Below, piece after piece: positions 1 to 10,651 of a stretch of DNA of 64,000 nt (the stretch's first letter is position 1; the number at the start of each line of letters is the position of its first letter). The notes beneath the pieces were generated by a model. The model was not told where the DNA came from. It did not search any database and saw nothing but the letters and a program-made list of their open reading frames with translations. The translations under genes were made by a program, and so were the position numbers. Source of the stretch: Gloeobacterales cyanobacterium (lineage in GTDB: Bacteria > Cyanobacteriota > Cyanobacteriia > Gloeobacterales > PMM-0068); contig JBBRSB010000001.1 in the NCBI GenBank assembly GCA_038245785.1, positions 96,001 through 160,000 on the forward strand, written 5' to 3'.

Positions 1-74
1 CGTCCTGAACCGCCACCTACACTCTATTAGAGCCGAATACGGTATCGATAATGCAGGTGCCTGGGATTGAGTCT

Positions 75-455
75 TTATGAGGGCAAACGTCTCAAAAACC
101 AGTCATAGAGCAGTTCAGGCAAGGGTGCGGGCTGCCAAGAAAATCTCATTTCTTCACAAATTCGGATCCCCATAGGCGTGAGTCGGAAAGAATTGGTAAT
201 CCCTTGACCATCTACTTCCCGGCGGAGAACCCCAACACGAATCAGCCAGAGGAGTTCATCTTCCACTTCGAGTAGTCTGACACTCCTCTGAGTAAAACCC
301 TTTTGCTGTCCCACTTCTCCAACAAAATTTTGGAGCGGAATGCTTCCTGAAACCATCTTCCGGGTAGCCTCAGAAGTCAGTACCGAGCTCAGGAGTGCCC
401 GTTTGGCTCTATCAAGGGTACTTTGAGGCGGGTTCAAGAGAAAAGATGGACGCAT
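75..455 (-). CDS. Conserved cyanobacterial hypothetical protein (Npun_F0494-like)
   Basis: Motif LLWLIRVGVLRREVDGQGITNSFRLTPMG recognised as typical of this family. Confidence 0.8.
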   Translation of the reverse strand: MRPSFLLNPPQSTLDRAKRALLSSVLTSEATRKMVSGSIPLQNFVGEVGQQKGFTQRSVRLLEVEDELLWLIRVGVLRREVDGQGITNSFRLTPMGIRICEEMRFSWQPAPLPELLYDWFLRRLPS

Positions 456-670
456 GCGCTTTTCTTAAAGATGCTTAATATAATTTTACTATGGTTCTCA
501 CAGTCCTTATTCTTGTAACGCTGGGAAGTTGGGCCGTGTACCTACTTCAGAAAGGCTACCACCGCAAAGAGGCAGCCTTTATTTTGGCAGGCACTTTAGT
601 CAGTGCCACAGCAGGAGCTGTGCTCTATGTTCACCATTTAATGTCTCAAGTCTGGGCTCACTTGGGCTAG

Positions 671-1864
671 CTAAATTGCTCCCCATATCCAAAGAGCTAC
701 CTGACGACAGAGAGACGCCGCTGTCAGACCAGCATAGGTGCCAATTACATTTCCTAAAATCGCCATTAATAGGCCCACAGGCGCTAAGCCTGCGCGGTAG
801 GTCTCTGCCACAATCGGGGTTGAAACTACGCCTCCTGTGTTTGCCTGAGAACCTGCGGCAAACAGGGCCATCGGAATCCGCAACCATCGAGCAACAACAA
901 GTAGAATGCCTGCATGGAAGGCAATCCAGACGACTCCAGCCACCAGAAATAACGGAAATTGACGAATCTGAGCGAGGTCACCCTGAGCGCCCAAGGCTGC
1001 AACTACGAGGTAGAGCATGCCGTTTCCTAGTTTAGAAGCCCCAGCATTTTCAAAGACGCGTAAGGGGCTAAGAGAGAGTAAAAGTCCGACAGAAGTAACG
1101 ATCAGGAAGCCCCAAGTTTTGTGAGAGATGATGGCTCCCAGCTCTGGAAGCGCTTTTCCGGCAGCAAAAGATAGCCAACCAATGCTAAAAGCCAAACCCA
1201 AGAGAATCATCAAGGTAGGCGTCGTCAGAGGTTTAGCCGCTTGCTGAGCAGCTTGGCGGTCATTGGTAGCTTGAGCAAGGGCTTCTAAGGTTTTGGGGTC
1301 TGCCCTGGTAAAACGGTCAAATTGATCCTGATAACGACTACAGAAGAGCAAAATCAAGGTCCAGCTATAGCCCACCAAAAAATCCATCCCTACCGCTACC
1401 CCAAAAATCGTATCTGGGGTTTTGATACTTTCTTTGACAGCCAACATATTGGCAAACCCTCCGGTCCAGGAACCGGATAGAGCACCTAAGGCAGACCAAG
1501 CATCCACAGGCAGCCATCGCCCAAAAATCAATAGAACTAAGGGCGCTCCCAGGACGATGCCCACACTTCCGAGCAAGGTCATAATCAGGGCTGGACGACC
1601 AATCTTAAAGACTCCGGCCAGATCGGTGCCGAGGAGCAAAAGGACTAAAGCGGCAGGTAATAGAGTCCCAGAAAGCAAGGGGTAAAGAGGAGAATCCTTT
1701 GGTGTTATGCCTAGCGCCGTCATGCCTGCGGGTAGGGCATAGATCCAAACTACTGGAGGAACGAGGTCAAAAAGATTCTTGAGTACTTTTTGTTCAGATA
1801 GCCAGAAAACAAGTGCAATAAAGCCTAGGAACCAAGCCAGAAGAGCAGTAGGGTCAGAAATCAA
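671..1864 (-). CDS. DUF819-family multi-pass membrane protein
   Basis: 397 aa, about 10 hydrophobic segments, GSWTGGFANM and GSQANTGG motifs; TTG start. Confidence 0.8.
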   Translation of the reverse strand: MISDPTALLAWFLGFIALVFWLSEQKVLKNLFDLVPPVVWIYALPAGMTALGITPKDSPLYPLLSGTLLPAALVLLLLGTDLAGVFKIGRPALIMTLLGSVGIVLGAPLVLLIFGRWLPVDAWSALGALSGSWTGGFANMLAVKESIKTPDTIFGVAVGMDFLVGYSWTLILLFCSRYQDQFDRFTRADPKTLEALAQATNDRQAAQQAAKPLTTPTLMILLGLAFSIGWLSFAAGKALPELGAIISHKTWGFLIVTSVGLLLSLSPLRVFENAGASKLGNGMLYLVVAALGAQGDLAQIRQFPLFLVAGVVWIAFHAGILLVVARWLRIPMALFAAGSQANTGGVVSTPIVAETYRAGLAPVGLLMAILGNVIGTYAGLTAASLCRQVALWIWGAI

Positions 1865-2363
1865 AGCAAGTAGCCCTTAGAACTAGGGTTAGCTTACCCT
1901 ATACCCTACTATTTTGTGCTTGGCTAAATGCTCCCCATTGAGATGCTTGGGACCGTACAATTACTTGCGCATTAGCCTATGGCATTTTGATGAATCAGAG
2001 TGAGCTGGGATAGGTCTAATCTTCCAATGAATTTTTATCCCTAATACCCCGTCCGCTTGTGGTGAAGAGTGTCAATAAGGGATTTCAATGGAACAGCTCA
2101 ATTCCCTATGGGCTTATTTGACGAAAATGCAATTAACAAGGTCGATTCCCCTCGTTTTGCTGCAATAGACTTGCGATTGCTTGCTCTTCGTGCTGAGGCA
2201 AAACGTTCCACGTTCAACTAAAGACTTAAGTTTAAATACCTAGCACATCAACGAAAGTAGGTAATCTCAGCTAACTTTCGTTGAGCATAGTCAAGACGTT
2301 TTTCAGATGTTTTTTCCGCTTAAATTTCTAAGATAAGACAATAAATACAGGAAATACTACCTA

Positions 2364-3089
2364 ATGGAAATTGCAACCAGCCCAGACACATCCAAATCAG
2401 TTACCAACTTGAAAGCTAAAGCCCATGAGAGTCTTGCTCCATCATCCTCAACGATCTTCAGAAAGCTGAAATGGGCTTATTTCGTAGGTGCTTCCGCCCT
2501 TATTTCTACTGCACTGATCGGTACTGCAGCCCATGCCCAAACCCCAGAGAAGCAAGCCCTGAAGTTTGATATGGTGCGTTCAGCTGGAGTGGTGAAAGCG
2601 GGATGTGTAGTTGAGGCATCCGCAAAAGTAAGGATTGTGTCCAGAGGTCCTGTTGAGATCATGGATGTGAAGGTCAAGGGGTTACCACCCAAAACCAACT
2701 TCGATTTCTTTGTAATTCAAGTGCCTAACGCACCCTTCGGCCTGTCTTGGTATCAAGGCGACATCGAAACGAATGAAGAGGGAGAGGGCTTCCAGCGATT
2801 CGTCGGACGCTTCAACGAAGAGACCTTCATCGTAGCGCCTGGGTCTGCGCCTGCCCCGTTGGTGCACAGCTCGCCCATTCCCGATGCCACGATGAATCCG
2901 CCAACAGGCCCGGTCCATACGTTCCATCTAGGGCTCTGGTTCAACTCACCAGAAGATGCAGCGAAGGCAGGATGCCCGAACACTCTGACCCCCTTCAACG
3001 GGGAGCATAATGCAGGCATCCAGGTCTTGAACACGAGCAATTTCGCTGATGGAGAAGGACCGCTAATCCAAGTAAAACCAAAGCCCTGA
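2364..3089 (+). CDS. Secreted hypothetical protein
   Basis: 241 aa ORF with signal-like hydrophobic stretch ending AHA-Q, followed by a beta-rich domain with two Cys. Confidence 0.7.
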   Translation: MEIATSPDTSKSVTNLKAKAHESLAPSSSTIFRKLKWAYFVGASALISTALIGTAAHAQTPEKQALKFDMVRSAGVVKAGCVVEASAKVRIVSRGPVEIMDVKVKGLPPKTNFDFFVIQVPNAPFGLSWYQGDIETNEEGEGFQRFVGRFNEETFIVAPGSAPAPLVHSSPIPDATMNPPTGPVHTFHLGLWFNSPEDAAKAGCPNTLTPFNGEHNAGIQVLNTSNFADGEGPLIQVKPKP

Positions 3090-3505
3090 TTCTAAAATTG
3101 AAAGAATCGTCCTATCAGCAAGTGAGGGGCAAGATTGACAAACTGTTTTCTTTTTGCTTCCGTAAAAAGAAGTGGTTTAGTCAAGCTGGAAAAGTATGAT
3201 TTTGCCCCCTCGCTTTCATAGCGCAGCCAATGATACGTGTCTTGCTTTTGTTAGACCGATAAGGTTTGGCTAAGATTTCTGATGCTTAAAAAACTTTTAC
3301 GGATGTGGGTGATCTATCTAACACGCTCCAGCGTGCATATAGCAGAACCAAAGAATTGAAGTTAGAGACTACACCAATCATAAGTCTAGCAACCAACAAT
3401 AAGGAGATAAAACATGTATCCATATATAGTCGGCTCCGTGGGTGGAGATCTCCGTCGATATAGTCAGGCAACAGAAAGCAGAGCCCGACATCTAACTTCA
3501 CCACC

Positions 3506-3629
3506 GCCTAACCCCTCTCTCAACTCGGACCCTGCCTGCTGTGCCTTCCGTTCTCTCTCAGCTTCCCGCTTCCTCGACTCTGCTCAGCGCCTCGGTGCAG
3601 ACGTGGCCGGTTAGCTTCTTTCGTTAGCC
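3506..3629 (+). mobile_element. Integron attC recombination site
   Basis: R'' GCCTAAC (3506-3512), 5-nt spacer, L''-like TCTCAACT, variable centre, L'-like GGTTAGCT, then R' GTTAGCC (3623-3629). Confidence 0.75.
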
Positions 3630-3673
3630 ATCACTTAATAAATAACCTTTAGCTCTTGTGTACGGAGGAAGCT

Positions 3674-3895
3674 ATGCGAGTGTCATTTGGTAGCATGACA
3701 GCCAATGCGTGGGGAAGAAGTTTTCTACGTCATTTCGCTACTGAAGTGAACGCAGCTGTCCCCAAGGAGAGCTATGACCTCGTGGAACGAAACCGTGCTG
3801 CTGCCCAACTCCTCTTCAGTAGTCGCCGTCAAACATTGCCAGAATCACAAGCACGAACAATTCTTGAGATGTGTTCTCTTTTACTGGCTGGCTAA
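3674..3895 (+). CDS. Small putative gene-cassette protein
   Basis: GGAGG RBS then ATG about 45 nt after the attC; stop lies in TGGCTAA, the complement of the cassette-start TTAGCCA. Confidence 0.5.
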   Translation: MRVSFGSMTANAWGRSFLRHFATEVNAAVPKESYDLVERNRAAAQLLFSSRRQTLPESQARTILEMCSLLLAG

Positions 3896-4127
3896 AGAGA
3901 GCTGGGAGCGACGCTAGGCGATTCGCAGACAGCGTTCAATATTGTCAAAGCAGCGTTTCATCAGACGTACCAGACGCTCGCCAAATTCATGTACCGCCCA
4001 TTGCTGTGGTTCTCACGCGATCCAATGAAGCTGAAGTGTTTTTGCTACAGCTATCAGGGGTTCTAGCCTTTTTGGCTTTCCCAAAAGGGTTATCCTCATC
4101 TGAGCCATGCCAAGGATTGGCCCTTCT

Positions 4128-4305
4128 TCAGGAATTGCTTTGCAACCAATCGGTCAGGTTAGACAACTGGGCGAAACCTAGAAGCGCTTCACCCAAAGCT
4201 TTAAGCTGCAGCAGGGATAGCGCTTGGATTTGCACCTTAACGCTCGTGGGTAGGTTGCCGAGCCTTCGGGTTAGTTGGCGCAGGACGAGCCTGACTTCAC
4301 CCGTT
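4128..4305 (-). pseudogene. DUF4351 C-terminal domain remnant
   Basis: LVLRQLTRRLGNLP...IQALSLLQLKALGEALLGF...LTDWL; no N-terminal partner domain. Confidence 0.7.
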
Positions 4306-4519
4306 TCGACGCAAACTCGCAACTTTCGCTGCTTGTAGGTTGAACTGACTCGTCTCTGTGGCCCCATTTCTCGCCCTACGGCGTACAGCCGTTAGCCATT
4401 ATCCTGCTCTGTACAGCCCGTACTTTTCTCTCCCTAACCAGTTAGGCAGCGACTGTCTGGCCAACTTTGGTGCATTTCAACATGTTGCGAGGCATTCATA
4501 ACTAAAGTAAGCTAACTCT

Positions 4520-5001
4520 ATGTTTTATATTGATCTATTTAGCACATTGCAACGCTATCAGGTACAGTACGTGCTGATTGGCGGGCTAGCTGTTTCTTTG
4601 CACGGCGTAGAGCGCACTGCGATGGATATTGACATCACGGTTGCCGTGCAACCCGATAACCTGAACGCCCTGATTGCAATGGCACAAGCACTTAAATTAA
4701 GCCCCGTATTGCCTGTACCGCTTGAGAGTTTACTTGACTTAAATTTACTCAAAAAATGGCATGATGAGCGCAATCTAAAAGCCTTTGAACTTAAAACAGA
4801 TGAACTGACTGGCGTAACACTTGATATACTCCTTCTTCCACCGATTGATTTTGCAGGTATAGCCGTGCAGTGATTTTTGACATTGCTAATACCCAAGTAA
4901 AAGTGGCTGCAATTGATGATTTAATTGCCATGAAAAGCGTTGTGGGGCGCGAAATCGATTTAATGGATATTGAACATTTGAATACGATTAAACACTTATG
5001 A
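4520..5001 (+). pseudogene. Frameshifted nucleotidyltransferase (DUF6036/AbiEii-like)
   Basis: YVLIGGLAVSLHG..TAMDIDI motif; ORF stops at 4873 but the C-terminus (VAAIDDLIAMKSVVGREIDLMDIEHL) continues in another frame to TGA 5001. Confidence 0.7.
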
Positions 5002-5165
5002 ATGCACCAGCCGACCCATTAAAAACAGAAACAAGAGCTTATAAAGTAAGTCGCGAGCGCTTAATTGCATTCAAAGCACTCACCGCATCACAGCGATTGC
5101 AGTGGGTTGAAGAATCCGCCGCATTTTTGCGCTTAGCCAAAACTAGCCGTGAAGCAAATAAATAG
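4998..5165 (+). CDS. 55-aa hypothetical protein, probable partner of the nucleotidyltransferase
   Basis: ATGA overlap with upstream stop; MNAPADPLKTETRAYKVSRERLIAFKALTASQRLQWVEE...; too short for the ORF track. Confidence 0.55.
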   Translation: MNAPADPLKTETRAYKVSRERLIAFKALTASQRLQWVEESAAFLRLAKTSREANK

Positions 5166-5513
5166 CCATGCTGCACAAGAATTTACAAATTAAAGGAGTC
5201 TGACCCCATTGATTTCAAGTTGAAATTTCTTTAGAAGGTTGACTGCACTTATAAGCAGTATTATGGTTTGGCATGGCTAACTTGGCCCATTTTCATTTAT
5301 TTTGTTCAATGAGTGAACCTGAGCTTGGATAAGGCTAATTTTCCAATAGGTTTTAACTACAGATAGTGTTATAAGAAGCTTTATTAGAGCACACAGCGAG
5401 TGAGCCTTTGCTCCAACGTAAAGAAATTCTAAAAAAGATTAAGAGAAGCTGCGAAGTCTGAGCGCACTCATTTTTTTCTTCGACCATATAAGTATAAGTA
5501 TTAAGTCATCGAT

Positions 5514-7370
5514 ATGGACAAAGTTCCTACCTCTGAAGACGATCTTACCTTCCTCGGATGGGGCATCCTTGGAGTGGTTATTTTAAGCTTGGGATTTATG
5601 TTTTTTGCCCCCTCTGTGCCATCGGTTCAAAATATTCCCTACAGTCAGTTTTTACAGGAAGCCAATAGTGGAAAAATTGAGGAAGTTACGCTTTCTAATC
5701 AACAAATTGTCGGCACCTATCGCCATAATGCTGCCCTTAAAACTGAACGCTTTAGAACAATCCCTGTGCCTGATGCAAACCTGCTCCCAGTCCTCCAGCA
5801 GAATGGAGTCACCTTTGATGGTTCGGTGGAAGCCACTGGTTTTAGTGGTGGGATTGCCTGGCCTATCCTGATCTTTGCCTTTCTAGGGCTGGGCTGGCTT
5901 TTTAGTCGAAGAAGCAGCCCAGAAAAGGGATTGATGTCTTTTAGTAAAAGTGGAGCCCGCTTGTCTACAGGGATTGGAGCGCCCAAAACAACCTTTGCCG
6001 ATGTAGCTGGGGTAGATGAAGCCAAGCAAGAGCTTATGGAAGTAGTGGAATTTCTGCGCAACCCTCAGAAATTCACTCGTTTAGGAGGGAAAGTCCCCAA
6101 AGGGATTTTACTCATCGGTCCTCCCGGAACAGGAAAAACTCTGATAGCTAGAGCCTTAGCGGGCGAAGCAGGCGTGCCGTTCTTTTCGATTGGCGGTTCT
6201 GCTTTCGTAGAGATGTTTGTCGGGGTGGGTTCTGCGCGGGTGCGAGATTTATTTGAACAGGCTAAGACCCAAGCCCCTTGCATTATTTTTATCGATGAAC
6301 TGGATGCTATCGGGAAGTCAAGGGGTAACAATCCGATGATGTCCAATGATGAACGAGAGCAAACGCTGAACCAGTTGCTCTCCGAAATGGATGGCTTCGA
6401 CCCCACGGAAAATATTATTGTCGTTGGCGCCACCAACCGTCCAGATGCCCTAGACCAGGCACTCTTACGCCCTGGTCGGTTTGATCGTCAGGTGCTGGTA
6501 GACCGTCCCGATAGAAATGGCCGTTTGGCAGTATTAAACCTATATATCCGGAAAGTGCCGCTATCAGAAAATGTGGATTTAGACCTATTGGCGGCTGAAA
6601 CGATGGGCTTTTCAGGAGCAGACCTGGCTAACCTGATTAATGAAGCAGCGCTTTTGGCGGCCCGGAGAGATGCCCCGTCCGTAGAAATGAAAGATTTGAA
6701 TGAGGCCTTAGAACGCTTGATTGCTGGATTGCAGAAAATAGGGCGGGTGCTGAATACACAAGAACGCATGACCGTCGCCTATCACGAAATCGGTCATGCC
6801 ATTGTCGGCAGTAGTGTCCTGGGCTCTAACCCATTGCGCAAAATTTCGATTATTCCACGGGGGCAGCAAGCCCTAGGCTATACCCTGCAACTTCCCCAGG
6901 AAGACCGCCATCTGCGTACCCGAACAGAACTGTTTGGTCAGCTTGCCACGCTTTTGGGCGGAAGGGCAGCGGAAGATTTGATATTCAACGGAGAGGTTTC
7001 CACCGGAGCTGCCAATGACCTTGCCAAAGTTACAGAGTTAGCGGAGCAGATGGTGACCCAACTAGGCATGAGCCATGACCTCGGAAATGTTTGCTATCTG
7101 CGCGAAGGTCGGAATTTTTTGGAAGATAGCGATGGTATGGGACGACGCAAAACCAGTGAAGCCACCGCTCAGATGATTGACCGAGCTATTCGAGATTTGG
7201 TGGACGAAGCCTACGACCAAGCAATGGCTACTCTGCGCCAAAATCATCCTCTCTTAGAAGAGATGGCCCAGAGTCTTTTGACCCATGAGTGCCTAGAAGG
7301 TGCTTATTTAGAACAATTCCTGCAAAAAATTAAGGGACGGACTTTAAATGTTAAGGCAATCCATTCTTAA
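5514..7370 (+). CDS. ftsH: ATP-dependent zinc metalloprotease FtsH
   Basis: Two TM helices, Walker A GPPGTGKT, Walker B IIFIDELD, SRH ALLRPGRFDR, HEIGH zinc motif. Confidence 0.97.
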   Translation: MDKVPTSEDDLTFLGWGILGVVILSLGFMFFAPSVPSVQNIPYSQFLQEANSGKIEEVTLSNQQIVGTYRHNAALKTERFRTIPVPDANLLPVLQQNGVTFDGSVEATGFSGGIAWPILIFAFLGLGWLFSRRSSPEKGLMSFSKSGARLSTGIGAPKTTFADVAGVDEAKQELMEVVEFLRNPQKFTRLGGKVPKGILLIGPPGTGKTLIARALAGEAGVPFFSIGGSAFVEMFVGVGSARVRDLFEQAKTQAPCIIFIDELDAIGKSRGNNPMMSNDEREQTLNQLLSEMDGFDPTENIIVVGATNRPDALDQALLRPGRFDRQVLVDRPDRNGRLAVLNLYIRKVPLSENVDLDLLAAETMGFSGADLANLINEAALLAARRDAPSVEMKDLNEALERLIAGLQKIGRVLNTQERMTVAYHEIGHAIVGSSVLGSNPLRKISIIPRGQQALGYTLQLPQEDRHLRTRTELFGQLATLLGGRAAEDLIFNGEVSTGAANDLAKVTELAEQMVTQLGMSHDLGNVCYLREGRNFLEDSDGMGRRKTSEATAQMIDRAIRDLVDEAYDQAMATLRQNHPLLEEMAQSLLTHECLEGAYLEQFLQKIKGRTLNVKAIHS

Positions 7371-7462
7371 CTAAAACTGTACTTTTTGTAACGATTCTGA
7401 ATAGTTATTATGAGAGCAAGCAAATCCTCTTTGAGACTGCTCATCGCTAAGGTTACAAAGAT

Positions 7463-7491
7463 AAAAGCCCTAGTGCTTTGGCATTAGGGCT
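7463..7491 (-). terminator. Intrinsic terminator downstream of hrcA
   Basis: Stem agccctagtgc/gcattagggct with adjacent A-run (U-tract on - strand) between convergent ftsH and hrcA. Confidence 0.55.
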
Positions 7492-7525
7492 GAGGACGCA
7501 GTTAGGAGGTATCTTATGGCTTATT

Positions 7526-8662
7526 TTAGTTCTTCTCCTCTGGTTTCGTATGGTTTTTAATAACTTCTTTAGGTATAGATACCTTTTTTGACGTCTCTAG
7601 CTTTGATGTTTCTGGATGACTACGGGAGTAAAGGGCAGCCGTGAGATGCTCTGCTGTCGCTTGTACAGACGCAATTGCCCGGTCGTACTGTAAACGGGTG
7701 GGACCGAGAATGCTCACGGAGCCGACGGGAACCCCATCTTGTTCATAGGTCTGAGATACCAAAGTACAGGCTTGCATCGGTTCTAAAGGATTTTCCGACC
7801 CAATGCGAATCGTCACCTTGCTCTGGGCAGTGAAGTCCTGAGGGGCAATCAGGGAGCCAAGTTCTTCTCTCTGTTCTTCTAGGAGGCTAACTAGAGCCTT
7901 TACCCGATAGGGGTCTAGAAATTCTGGTTGGCTGAGGACTGCATGTACACCACTGATGAAAATTTGCTCTGTCTGAGGTCTAGTGATGGTTTGCCGAACC
8001 AGATCAAAAAGCCCGCGCACGAAATCTGCCCACTGGCTAAATTCTCGATGAAGTTCTCCCAATTGCTGAGTGGAGAGGTCCGTTAGCGGTTGCTTGGTCA
8101 GCGTCGCATTTAAGAAATTATTCAGCAGCTCTAGCTCTTCTGACTGTGTGGCCTCGGGCAATTCTACAATCAGCGACTGCGTATGATACGAATCGGTGAC
8201 CACAATCAGCATCGCTCTGCGTTCATCAATAGCGACAAGCTGCAGATGACGGATTTGAGGATGTTGACCCCTAGGTGCTGTGACCATGGCGACATAGCCG
8301 CTCAGGGAAGACAAAATGCGGGAAGCCCCTTGCAGAAGACTCTCCAGGCTACGGCATGAATGGTTATCCAGCGCACTGGACAAGGCTTCAGTCATAGACT
8401 GGGCCAAAAATGCCGGCGGTTCTAACAGCTCATTGACATAGACGCGATAGCCAAAGTCAGAGGGGATGCGTCCGGCAGAAGTATGAGGTTGGAATAGTAA
8501 ACCCGCATTCTCAAGCAAGTTCATGACATTGCGAATTGTGGCTGAACTAACCCCAAAATCAAATTGCTCCGTAAGGGTTTTAGAGCCAACAGGTTCTGCC
8601 GTAGCGATGTAGCAACGCACCGTGGCTTGAAAAATTTGTTGCTGGCGGGAATTGAGTTTCAT
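7526..8662 (-). CDS. hrcA: Heat-inducible transcription repressor HrcA
   Basis: YIATAEPVGSK, SSATIRN, QPHTSAGRIPSDFGYR, ILGPTRLQY motifs. Confidence 0.97.
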   Translation of the reverse strand: MKLNSRQQQIFQATVRCYIATAEPVGSKTLTEQFDFGVSSATIRNVMNLLENAGLLFQPHTSAGRIPSDFGYRVYVNELLEPPAFLAQSMTEALSSALDNHSCRSLESLLQGASRILSSLSGYVAMVTAPRGQHPQIRHLQLVAIDERRAMLIVVTDSYHTQSLIVELPEATQSEELELLNNFLNATLTKQPLTDLSTQQLGELHREFSQWADFVRGLFDLVRQTITRPQTEQIFISGVHAVLSQPEFLDPYRVKALVSLLEEQREELGSLIAPQDFTAQSKVTIRIGSENPLEPMQACTLVSQTYEQDGVPVGSVSILGPTRLQYDRAIASVQATAEHLTAALYSRSHPETSKLETSKKVSIPKEVIKNHTKPEEKN

Positions 8663-8896
8663 GAAAACCTCTTGCCTATAGGCTGATTACAGAAAGGCTC
8701 GTGGCTGTTTATGAATAGAGGTTTTTCTGGTGGTAAAACAGTGGTCTTGTGCACGTTTAGCTAGCTTCGGTTTAATAGATAGTTGGACCATATTGTACCC
8801 GTATCCCTTGATCCGTGCGCATCTCCGCTGGACATAATCGTTTTGACCATACCTGTGGGAGCTGATAGTCCACGAGGGATGGTTTAAGATTGGCGC

Positions 8897-10021
8897 ATGG
8901 CTATCGTTTCTTCCCACAGTCCCCAACCGTCTAACCAACCTCCTGAGCAGCCCGCGACTAATAAAGCTTCTAAGGTAGTTAAGTCTGTGGAGCCTTTACT
9001 CCAAGGTACTACTTTGGATACCGAGGAGCAGGGTAACCAAGAAGAAACTATCCGTCCCCAATCGATGAATGAGTACATTGGCCAGAAAGCGCTCAAGGAT
9101 GTTTTGTCTATTGCGATTCAGGCGGCTCAGTCACGGGGTGAATCTTTAGACCATCTCCTGTTCTACGGTCCGCCTGGTTTAGGAAAAACAACAATTTCTC
9201 AGATTCTGGCCCAGGCGATGGGGGTCAAGCTCCATCTAACCAGTGCCCCCGCTCTTTCCAGTCCCAAGGATATTGCCGGACTTTTGGTGAATATCCAACC
9301 TGGAGACCTTCTGTTTATTGATGAAATTCATCGACTGCCAAGGGTCAGTGAAGAAATTCTCTATCCGGCAATGGAAGATTTTCGCCTGGACATCACGATT
9401 GGGAAGGGCCGTAGTGCCCGGATCACCAGTATCAACCTGCCCAAATTCACCTTGGTCGGCGCCACTACTAAAATTGGTGCGTTGACTTCTCCTTTGAGAG
9501 ACCGCTTCGGCCTGGTCCAACGTTTGCGCTTCTATGAATTGGATGAACTGGAGGCGATTGTTACCCGCACCGCTCGCCTATTAGAGATTGCGATTGAACC
9601 GATGGGGGCGAATGAATTGGCCCGTCGCTCTAGAGGTACGCCCCGGATTGCCAATCGCTTACTGCGCAGAGTCCGCGACTATGCCCAAGTGAAAGCAGAA
9701 GGGACAATCACTCAAGATGTAGCCGCCAAAGCCCTAGAACTGTTTAATGTCGACCCGATGGGCTTAGATTGGACGGACCGCAAGCTGCTCCAAACTTTGA
9801 TTGAGAACTATGGCGGTGGCCCCGTCGGTCTTGATACTTTGGCGGCGGCCACGGGAGAAGACAGCCAGACTTTGGAAGAAGTGTATGAGCCTTATCTATT
9901 GCAAATTGGCTACTTGCAACGGACGCCGCGAGGAAGAATGGCAACGGCAAGCGCCTATCAACACTTAGGCTATCAAGCGCCTCAGATGCCTGTTGAACAG
10001 ATCCCTTTAGATATGAGTTAG
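8897..10021 (+). CDS. ruvB: Holliday junction branch-migration helicase RuvB
   Basis: [50 protein letters not shown]. Confidence 0.98.
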   Translation: MAIVSSHSPQPSNQPPEQPATNKASKVVKSVEPLLQGTTLDTEEQGNQEETIRPQSMNEYIGQKALKDVLSIAIQAAQSRGESLDHLLFYGPPGLGKTTISQILAQAMGVKLHLTSAPALSSPKDIAGLLVNIQPGDLLFIDEIHRLPRVSEEILYPAMEDFRLDITIGKGRSARITSINLPKFTLVGATTKIGALTSPLRDRFGLVQRLRFYELDELEAIVTRTARLLEIAIEPMGANELARRSRGTPRIANRLLRRVRDYAQVKAEGTITQDVAAKALELFNVDPMGLDWTDRKLLQTLIENYGGGPVGLDTLAAATGEDSQTLEEVYEPYLLQIGYLQRTPRGRMATASAYQHLGYQAPQMPVEQIPLDMS

Positions 10022-10082
10022 GTTGCCCAGATGTTCTCTATACAATAGAAGCCACAGCTTGGCCCCTTGGAGGCTGCTACCT

Positions 10083-10646
10083 ATGGTCCAAACACCATCC
10101 AAAATCCTAACGTTAGAAGAGTTTCTGAAACTGCCGGAAACCAAACCTGCCAGTGAGTACGTTGACGGTCAAATTATTCAAAAACCGATGCCAAAAGGTA
10201 AACACAGCACGATCCAACGAGATTTGATGTTCGCGATTGAGGCTGTATTGAAGCCCAAACGGATTGCACGAGCCTTTCCTGAGCTGCGTTGTACATTTGG
10301 TGAGCGGTCGACCGTGCCCGATGTATCTGTGTTTCTCGCTGAGAGAATTCCTCGCGATGAGAAGGGTGAAGTTGCCAACTTGTTCCAGATAGTCCCTGAT
10401 TGGACCATTGAGATTTTGTCCCCGGACCAGAGCCAGACTAGAGTTACCAAAAATATTCTGCATTGTCTAAAAAATGGAACGCAGATGGGTTGGCTCATTG
10501 ATCCGGAAGAACAGACGGTGTTTGTCTATCTACCAAAACAAGAGCCGCAAATATTCGATGATCTAGAGCAGCAGCTTCCTGTCCCAGCTTTTGCTGCTGA
10601 GTTGCAATTGAGTGTGGGTGAATTATTTGGTTGGCTTTTGGAGTAA
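10083..10646 (+). CDS. Uma2-family (DUF820) endonuclease
   Basis: LTLEEFLKLPETKPASEY, PELRCTF, PDWTIEILSPDQ, GWLIDP; ATG 10083 preferred. Confidence 0.92.
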   Translation: MVQTPSKILTLEEFLKLPETKPASEYVDGQIIQKPMPKGKHSTIQRDLMFAIEAVLKPKRIARAFPELRCTFGERSTVPDVSVFLAERIPRDEKGEVANLFQIVPDWTIEILSPDQSQTRVTKNILHCLKNGTQMGWLIDPEEQTVFVYLPKQEPQIFDDLEQQLPVPAFAAELQLSVGELFGWLLE

Positions 10647-10651
10647 TTTTC

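Noticed and set aside
529..1035. 168-aa + strand ORF
   Set aside because: Largely antisense to the DUF819 gene; no recognisable motifs
3414..3614. 66-aa ORF with a good RBS
   Set aside because: Its second half is just the translated attC (PNPSLNSD...); not supportable as a protein
3871..4338. 155-aa + strand ORF
   Set aside because: Patchwork of fragments, partly antisense to the DUF4351 remnant
8663..8896. Possible CIRCE element upstream of hrcA
   Set aside because: No TTAGCACTC-N9-GAGTGCTAA match seen
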